Assembly: GCA_963720545.1 (NCBI GenBank)
Contig: OY970399.1
Location: forward strand, 1,248,001 to 1,312,000
Direction of reading: 5' to 3'
Origin: an uncultured Acidobacteriota bacterium
Lineage (GTDB): Bacteria > Acidobacteriota > Vicinamibacteria > Fen-336
Length of the DNA stretch: 64,000 nucleotides
Each line of letters begins with the position of its first letter. Positions within the stretch are counted from its first letter, which is position 1. Below are positions 57,779 to 64,000 of this stretch, piece after piece. A program made the position numbers and the translations under genes. The notes beneath the pieces were generated by a model. That model saw only the letters and a list, made by a program, of their open reading frames with translations. It did no database searches and was not told where the DNA came from.

Positions 57779-58660
57779 GACGGCTGCGTCTTCCAGCGGC
57801 GATGGATCCACAGCCACTGCTGCGGCGCGGCGCGCACCCAGTCCTCGATGCGCGCGGTCATCGCCTGCGTGAGGTGGGCGATGTCGCGGACGCGGTCGCC
57901 GCTGGGGATCCAGGCGATCTCCGGCTCGTAGAGCGCGCGGTAGCTGCCGTCCTTCTGCAGCACCGAGTGCACCGGCACCAGCGCGCAGCCGGTCTTCAGC
58001 GCGAGCGCCGCCGCGACGGTGGTGGTCGACGCCTTGCGGCCGAAGAAGTTTACGAAGATGCCGTCCGCCGCCTGCACGTTCTGGTCGACGAGGATCGCGA
58101 CAGCCTGGCCGGCGCGCAGCATCCGCAGCACCTCGGCGAGCGCGCGCCGCTTGTAGATGACGACGTTGCCGCTCATCTCGCGAAAGGCGACGAGCCGCGC
58201 GTCGAGGGCGGGGTTGTCGAGCGGCCGCGCCACCAGGCCCAGCTGCCCGAAGAGCGCGCCGTGGACGACGCCGTGGCATCTCCCAGTTGCCGATGTGGGC
58301 GGTGACGATGATGACGCCCTTGCCGCGCGCGAGCGCCGTGCGCATGTGCTCGCCGCCCTCCACCGCAAACGCGCGCCGCAGCGCCGTGAGCGGACGGCTC
58401 GACATCCAGAGGATGTCGAAGAGCACCGCGGCGAAGTGCGCGTAGACCGCGCGCGCCGTCCGCCACACCCGCTCCTCGGTCCAGTCGGGAAAGGCCTGGC
58501 GCAGGTTGTCGGCGGCGATCAGCGCATGGCGCCGGTCGAGATCGCCGAGGATCCTGCCGACGCCGCGGCCGAGCGCCAGCGCGGCGCGCCGCGGCAGCGG
58601 CCGCAGCGCTGCGCAGACGAGCGCCGCGGCGCGGGTCTCGAGCGCGCGGCTCACCTTCAC
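57775..58660 (-). CDS. Lipid A biosynthesis acyltransferase (LpxL/HtrB family), one frameshift near 58278
   Basis: NLRQAFP, TAHIGNWE, then in another frame RPLDNP, LVDQ, FFG, PQQWLWIHRRWK. Confidence 0.85.
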
Positions 58661-59640
58661 CGAGCGTCCTTGCGCACCGCGGCCAGCACCCGCTCGCGCA
58701 GCGAGGCCTCGTCCTCGAATTCGGCACGGATCCGCAGCGTCATCACCGGCAGCATCGCGTTGAGCGGTTCTTCCAGGAGCCACACCGCGTTCTTGTCGGT
58801 GGTGACGATGGCGGCGGCGCCCAGGTCCCTGGCGCGCTGCCAGTGCGCTGGCATCGGCCCGAAGTCGGAATGATCGCGGCGCCGGTCGTGTCCGGCGATC
58901 TCCACCCCTGCGGCGCACACGTCGTCCTCGAAGCGTTGCGGCCGTGCCACCGCCGACACGAGATAGGCGCGCGCCGGCGCCGTCACCTGCTGGCCGTCGA
59001 GGTCGAAGAAGCCGGCGCTCACGCGCCGCGCCCGCACCCGCGCCTGCCCCGGTGTCGGTGTGCGCATGCCGTCGCCGAAGTCGATCACCACGTGCGCGCG
59101 GCCGAGCGTCGAGGGGAACTCGCGCAGCCGGCCTTCCGGCAGCGGCCGGCCGGTGAGCGTCTCGTCGTCGATGCAGACGAGGTCGAGATCGCGCTCGAGG
59201 CGCAGGTGCTGGAAGCCATCGTCGAGAATGATCGCCCGTCCCGGGAACCGCGCGGTAATGTCCTCGCCGGCCTCGGCACGGTCGCGCCCCACGGCCACCA
59301 CGGCGCGCGGCAGCGCGCGCGCCAGCATCACCGGTTCGTCGCCGGCCGCGGCCGGGCCGCTCAGCACGCGCTCGCCGTCGGACACCACCAGGCAGCGGCC
59401 CTTGAAGGCGCCGCGATAGCCGCGGCTCAGGATCGCGACCGGATGGCCGGCCGCCTGCAGCATCGTGGCGAGCGCTTCGACCACCGGCGTCTTGCCGCTG
59501 CCGCCGACGCTCAGGTTGCCGACGCTCAGCACCGGCGCGCGCAGCCGCGTGCGGCGCAGCGACCCGCCTTCGTACAGGGCGCGGCGCATGGCGGCCCCCG
59601 CTCCGTAGAGCAGGCTCAGCGGCCGCAGCAGGACGCTCAA
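58657..59640 (-). CDS. lpxK: Tetraacyldisaccharide 4'-kinase
   Basis: SVGNLSVGGSGKTP, LSRGY, GDEP, LDDGFQH, GRLRE, TTDKNAV. Confidence 0.92.
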   Translation of the reverse strand: MSVLLRPLSLLYGAGAAMRRALYEGGSLRRTRLRAPVLSVGNLSVGGSGKTPVVEALATMLQAAGHPVAILSRGYRGAFKGRCLVVSDGERVLSGPAAAGDEPVMLARALPRAVVAVGRDRAEAGEDITARFPGRAIILDDGFQHLRLERDLDLVCIDDETLTGRPLPEGRLREFPSTLGRAHVVIDFGDGMRTPTPGQARVRARRVSAGFFDLDGQQVTAPARAYLVSAVARPQRFEDDVCAAGVEIAGHDRRRDHSDFGPMPAHWQRARDLGAAAIVTTDKNAVWLLEEPLNAMLPVMTLRIRAEFEDEASLRERVLAAVRKDAR

Positions 59641-60902
59641 TGCAGCAGCGGCTCCAACGCCTCCACGGTCAGCGCAGCAGCACCCTTCTGGTGCTGCGCG
59701 GCCTGGCTGGCGCGGGCGCCGATTTCGGCGCACCAGGCGGGGTCGGTGAGCGCGCGGATCACCACGGCGGCGAGCGCCGCCGGCGTGCCTACGCGCACGA
59801 ACGCTTTCTCTTCAGTGAAGGCAGCCTCGATCTCGGCGAAGTTTGACATGTGTGGGCCGACGACCACGACCTTGCCGGCGATCGCCGGCTCGAGGATGTT
59901 GTGGCCGCCGCGGTCCACGAGGCTGCCGCCGACGAACACGACGGTCGCCAGCGGGTAGACCGCCGGCAGCTCGCCCAGCGTGTCGAGGATGATGACCGCG
60001 TCCTGCGACGCCGGGCCGGGCAGGAAGGAACGGCGCACGCCCGACAGGCCGCGGCGCGCCACCGCGGCGGCCGCCTCGGCGAAGCGCTCCGGCCGGCGCG
60101 GCGCGATCAGCAGGCGCGCGTTGGGCACGGCCGCGAGCACCGTGACGAACGCGTCGAGCACCAGCTCCTCCTCGCCCTCGACGGTGCTGCCCGCGATCCA
60201 CAGCGGCCCGGCGCCTTCGGGCGCCAGCAGCCGCTGCAGCTCGGGCGGCGTTGGCTGCGCCTCGACCGCGTCGTACTTGAGGTTGCCGAAGACGTGCACG
60301 TTGCGCGCCACGGCGCCCAGGGCCTTGATCCTCTGCGCGTGCGCTTCGCCCTGCATCAGGAACAGGTTCACGTTCGCGAGCACCGGCGCCAGCATCGAGC
60401 GGACGCGCCGGTAGTTCCTGAACGAACCGGGCGAGAGGCGGCCGTTGACGATTGCGACCGAGGCGCCGGCGGCGCGCGCCTCGCGCAGCAGGTTGGGCCA
60501 GATCTCGGTCTCGACCAGCAGCACCAGCTGCGGCTGCAGGCGCCGCAGCACCCGCCGCACCGAGAACGCGAAGTCGAACGGCATGTAGAAGCAGCCGTCC
60601 ACGACGCCGAGGAAGCGGCTGCGCGCCAGTTCCTGGCCGGTCGTCGTGGTCGTCGAGAGGAAGACCGGCACCCCCGGATAGCGCCAGCGCAGCTCTTTCA
60701 CGAGCGGTCGTGCGGTCAACACCTCGCCCACCGAAACCGCGTGCACCCACACCCCGCCGGGCCGGAAAGCCCGGTGTTCGGTGCCCAGGATTCGTTCGTT
60801 CAAGTTCTGGAGGTACTTGCCGGTTCCGCGGCCTTTCCACAGGAAATATGGCGCCGCGAGGATCAGGCCAAGCCCCAGCAGGACGCTGTAGGCGAGGTAC
60901 AT
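59637..60902 (-). CDS. waaA: 3-deoxy-D-manno-octulosonic acid (Kdo) transferase
   Basis: WVHAVSVGE, STTTTTG, ETEIWPN, NGRLS, GNLKYD, AGST, FVGGSL...GGHNILEP. Confidence 0.95.
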   Translation of the reverse strand: MYLAYSVLLGLGLILAAPYFLWKGRGTGKYLQNLNERILGTEHRAFRPGGVWVHAVSVGEVLTARPLVKELRWRYPGVPVFLSTTTTTGQELARSRFLGVVDGCFYMPFDFAFSVRRVLRRLQPQLVLLVETEIWPNLLREARAAGASVAIVNGRLSPGSFRNYRRVRSMLAPVLANVNLFLMQGEAHAQRIKALGAVARNVHVFGNLKYDAVEAQPTPPELQRLLAPEGAGPLWIAGSTVEGEEELVLDAFVTVLAAVPNARLLIAPRRPERFAEAAAAVARRGLSGVRRSFLPGPASQDAVIILDTLGELPAVYPLATVVFVGGSLVDRGGHNILEPAIAGKVVVVGPHMSNFAEIEAAFTEEKAFVRVGTPAALAAVVIRALTDPAWCAEIGARASQAAQHQKGAAALTVEALEPLLH

Positions 60903-60934
60903 CGCGCGCAGTATAGCGGTTCACACCGTTTGGC

Positions 60935-60979
60935 TTGGCACGGGACAAGACCTGGACTATATTCCCATGGAATCTATTC
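60935..60979 (+). promoter_or_regulatory. Sigma70-type promoter overlapped by a palindromic operator (probable PadR autoregulation)
   Basis: TTGGCA (60935-60940)-17 nt-TATATT (60958-60963); inverted repeat GACTATATTCC-CAT-GGAATCTATTC (60955-60979). Confidence 0.6.
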
Positions 60980-61017
60980 GCGAGGTGCACAGAGCCCACC
61001 ACGGAGGCGAGCGAACG

Positions 61018-61398
61018 ATGGTAAGCAACGACAGACCGAGGCGGCCGGCGACCGACAAGTTCCTGCCGCTGAGTCCGGTCGTGTTCGAGATCCTGCTGTC
61101 GCTGACGGCCGAGGACCGCCACGGCTACGCGATCATGCAGGACGTCGAGCGCCGCGGCGAAGGCCGCACCCGCATGCGCCCGGGCACGCTCTATCGCGCG
61201 ATCGCGCGGCTGCTTGACGACGAGCTCATCGCGGAAATCGACGCCCCCGCAAGCGGCGAGGCCGGCGACGAACGGCGCCGGTATTACCGGCTCACCGACC
61301 TTGGGCGGAAGGTGGCCGAAGCCGAAGCCCGGCGGCTCAATGTGCTGCTGCGCGAAGCACGCGCGAAGAAGGTGCTGCGCGGCGTGGACATCGCATGA
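61018..61398 (+). CDS. PadR family transcriptional regulator
   Basis: ILLSL...HGYAIM, PGTLYRAIARL, RRRYYRLTDLG; GGAGG RBS. Confidence 0.92.
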   Translation: MVSNDRPRRPATDKFLPLSPVVFEILLSLTAEDRHGYAIMQDVERRGEGRTRMRPGTLYRAIARLLDDELIAEIDAPASGEAGDERRRYYRLTDLGRKVAEAEARRLNVLLREARAKKVLRGVDIA

Positions 61399-64000
61399 GT
61401 CTCTCCGAGCGCGCGCACCGGCTGCTGCTTCACCTCCTGCCCGCGCAATTCCGCCACCGCCACGGCGACGAACTGGCGCGCCTCGGCCGCGAGCGCGGCA
61501 GCAGCTTCGCGGCGGCGGCGTGGGACCTGCTCTGTACGGCGCCGCTGCTCTGGCTCGACCGCCTGCGCAGCGGCGACCTGCGCCTCGCCTGGCGCGGTTT
61601 GCGCCGCAATCCTGCTCATTCCGCCGCCGCGCTCGTCACGCTCGCGCTCGGCATCGGCGCCAACGTCGCGCTCTTCAGCGTCATCGACCGTGTGCTGCTG
61701 AGGCCGCTTCCCTACGGCGAACCCGACCGCCTGGTCGCGATCTTCGACACGCATGCGCAACGTGGCCGGACGCACGAGCAACCGTCGCCGGGCAACTTCG
61801 TCGACTGGCAGCGGTTGAACCGCTCGTTCGAGTCGCTGGCGGCGTGGCAGGACGGCACCGGCTCCTCGACGCTGCGCGACGGGCCGGAGCCGGTTGTGAT
61901 CGAGACGGTCAAGGCGACACCCGATTTCTTCACCGTGTTCGCGGTGCCGGCGGCGCTCGGCCGGACATTTGCCGCGGAGAGTCGCGGCGTGGCGTGGACG
62001 GTCGCCGATCGCTATGCCGGCGGCGAGCGCGAGCTGGTGATCAGCAACGGCTTGTGGACGCGCCAGTTTGGTTCGGATCCGGATGTCGTCGGCCGCCTTC
62101 TCGACATCGACGGCGCGCGCTGGCGGGTGGTGGGCGTCATGCCGCCCGGGTTCGACGCGCCACGACCGACGACCGAGGCCTGGATGCCGTGGGACATCGC
62201 CGCGTCCTACCCCCGCTTCGTGGACGGCCCGCCGCGCGACTTCCGCTTCATCAACGTCGCGGGCCGCCTGAAGCGTGGGACGAGCCTGGAGCAGGCGCAA
62301 GGCGAGATGCAGTCGCTCGCCGCGACGCTCGCGGCATCGCACCCAAAAGAGAACGCCGGCTGGAGCCTGCGCCTCGTTTCGCTGAAGGAGGAGATCGTCG
62401 GCCCGGTGCGCGAAGCGATCCTGCTGCTGTTCGCCGCGGTCGCGATGGTGCTGCTCATCGCCTGCGCCAACGTCGCGAGCCTGCAGCTGGCGCGCGCCGC
62501 GGCGCGCAGCCGGGAGATGGCGGTGCGCCTGTCACTTGGCGCCCGGCGCGCACACCTCGTACGCCAGCTGCTCACCGAAAGCGTGCTGCTCGGCGCCTGC
62601 GGCGGTGCCGCGGGGCTGATCGTGGCCGAAGGCGCGCTGCGCGTGCTGCTCGCCACCGGAGCGGCCGGCCTGCCGCGCCTGGCCGGCGCCGGTTCCGGCA
62701 TCGACGGCCGCGCTCTGCTGTTCAGCGCGGCGCTGTCGCTCGTCACGGGCATGGTCTTCGGCCTGGTGCCGGCGCTCGAGGCGTCGCGCACGCCGGTCGC
62801 CGGCGCGCTCCACGAGGTCGGACGTGCGGCGACTTCGGGTCGGCGCGCGCGCCGCGCGCGCAGCGTCCTCATCGTTGCCGAGGTTGCCGTCGCGCTGGTG
62901 CTGCTGGCTGGCGCCGGCCTGCTGCTGAAAAGCTTCAGCCGGGTCATGGCCGTCGATCCCGGCTTCGACCCGCGCGGCCTGGCGGTGATGCGCATCAACC
63001 TCGACCACGCGCATTACAAGACGGCCGCACAGTCGCGCGAGTTCTATTCGCAGCTCACCGCGCGTGTTCTGGCGCTGCCCGGCGTGGCCGGCGCCGGCGC
63101 CGTCACCGCGCTGCCTCTCAGCCCCGTGGGCACCGACTTCGCTCGTCCTTACTGGCGCGAGGGCGAGGCGGACCCCGGCGGTACCGCCGCCCGCACCGAC
63201 ATCCGCATGGTCACTCCCGGCTACTTCGACGCGATGCGCATGGCCGTGAAGCGCGGCCGTGCCTTCACCGCCACCGACGGACCGGGCGCGCCGCGCGTCG
63301 TGGTGGTGAACGACGCGCTCGCACAAGCGGCGTTCGGCGCAGCCGATCCGATAGGCCGGCGCATCGTCCTCGACTACCTCGACGGCGCTTACCCCTACGA
63401 GATCGTCGGCCTCGTCGGCAACACCCGCTTTCGCGGGCTGCGCCAGGTGCCGCGTCCGGAAACCTTCATCCCCCACGCCCAGAACCCGTACCTGGACCTC
63501 AGCCTGGTGGTGCGCACCGACGGCGATCCGGCCGCCATGCTGCGCACCGTGCAGGGGGCGATCCGCGCCGTTGATCCGCTGCAGCCCGCGCACGGCCTCG
63601 GCACCATGGACACGCTGCTGCGCCGTTCGGTCGCCGCCGACCGGCTCGCGACCCTGCTGGCGGCGTTGCTCGCCGGCCTGGCGCTGACGCTCGCCGCCAC
63701 CGGAATCTACGGTGTGTTGTCGTTCCTCATCGCGCAGCGCACCCGGGAGATCGGCCTGCGCATGGCCCTCGGCGCGACCCGGCGCCGGGTGGTAGCGATG
63801 GTGCTTGGCGAGTCGATGCGGCTCACCGCGATCGGCTGCGCCTTCGGCCTCGCGGCCGCCGCGGCACTCTCCCGGAATCTCTCGGCCATGCTGTTCGGCG
63901 TGCGGCCGGGCGACCCGCAGACCCTGGCGCTCGTGCTGGTCGCGATGGGCAGCGTGGCGCTGCTTGCCACGCTGCTGCCGGCGCGCCGGGCCAGCCGGCT
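61395..64000 (+). CDS. ADOP-type duplicated ABC permease (3' end just beyond window)
   Basis: Manual translation from ATG 61395: DLRLAWRGLRRNP...TLALGIGANVALFSVIDRVLLRPLPY, LLIACANVA, REMAVRLSLGA, DPGFD, GIYGV..F.IAQRTREIGLRMALGA, LPARRASR. Confidence 0.9.
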   Translation, partial: MSLSERAHRLLLHLLPAQFRHRHGDELARLGRERGSSFAAAAWDLLCTAPLLWLDRLRSGDLRLAWRGLRRNPAHSAAALVTLALGIGANVALFSVIDRVLLRPLPYGEPDRLVAIFDTHAQRGRTHEQPSPGNFVDWQRLNRSFESLAAWQDGTGSSTLRDGPEPVVIETVKATPDFFTVFAVPAALGRTFAAESRGVAWTVADRYAGGERELVISNGLWTRQFGSDPDVVGRLLDIDGARWRVVGVMPPGFDAPRPTTEAWMPWDIAASYPRFVDGPPRDFRFINVAGRLKRGTSLEQAQGEMQSLAATLAASHPKENAGWSLRLVSLKEEIVGPVREAILLLFAAVAMVLLIACANVASLQLARAAARSREMAVRLSLGARRAHLVRQLLTESVLLGACGGAAGLIVAEGALRVLLATGAAGLPRLAGAGSGIDGRALLFSAALSLVTGMVFGLVPALEASRTPVAGALHEVGRAATSGRRARRARSVLIVAEVAVALVLLAGAGLLLKSFSRVMAVDPGFDPRGLAVMRINLDHAHYKTAAQSREFYSQLTARVLALPGVAGAGAVTALPLSPVGTDFARPYWREGEADPGGTAARTDIRMVTPGYFDAMRMAVKRGRAFTATDGPGAPRVVVVNDALAQAAFGAADPIGRRIVLDYLDGAYPYEIVGLVGNTRFRGLRQVPRPETFIPHAQNPYLDLSLVVRTDGDPAAMLRTVQGAIRAVDPLQPAHGLGTMDTLLRRSVAADRLATLLAALLAGLALTLAATGIYGVLSFLIAQRTREIGLRMALGATRRRVVAMVLGESMRLTAIGCAFGLAAAAALSRNLSAMLFGVRPGDPQTLALVLVAMGSVALLATLLPARRASR

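Noticed and set aside
56753..58918. Apparent acyltransferase-WaaF fusion (721 aa)
   Set aside because: Created by one indel near 58278; the acyltransferase C-terminus is in ORF 57775-58368 and waaF has its own overlapping GTG.

Overview
High-GC chromosomal segment, most likely from an Acidobacteriota (Vicinamibacteria-like) genome. The assignment rests on three Oar-type TonB-dependent receptors, two sulfatase-like/TPR proteins, MacB-like permeases and a PadR + ADOP-type permease pair. About 48 CDS were called; I saw no rRNA, tRNA or CRISPR array. Six genes carry frameshifts, five of them in the first 19 kb, which look like long-read consensus errors. The right end holds a tightly coupled lipid A/Kdo/ADP-heptose operon (waaA-lpxK-acyltransferase-waaF-gmhB-rfaE1-rfaE2-GT9-methyltransferase). 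The best candidate for a novel system abuts that operon on the opposite strand: an atypical Cys-rich GT9-like glycosyltransferase (51931-52887) followed 5 bp later by a 76-aa twin-arginine lipoprotein whose last 34 residues are 30 Ser written with all six Ser codons. This suggests a dedicated Ser-O-glycosylation (possibly heptosylation) or glyco-lipopeptide system. Other observations: a GGA-rich structured element behind a DUF222-like/HNH gene with a second partial copy 15 kb away; TAnnnT boxes 5-7 nt before many start codons (leaderless translation); a sigma54-type promoter; and a palindromic operator over the PadR promoter. All product calls come from motif recognition only; no database search was run.
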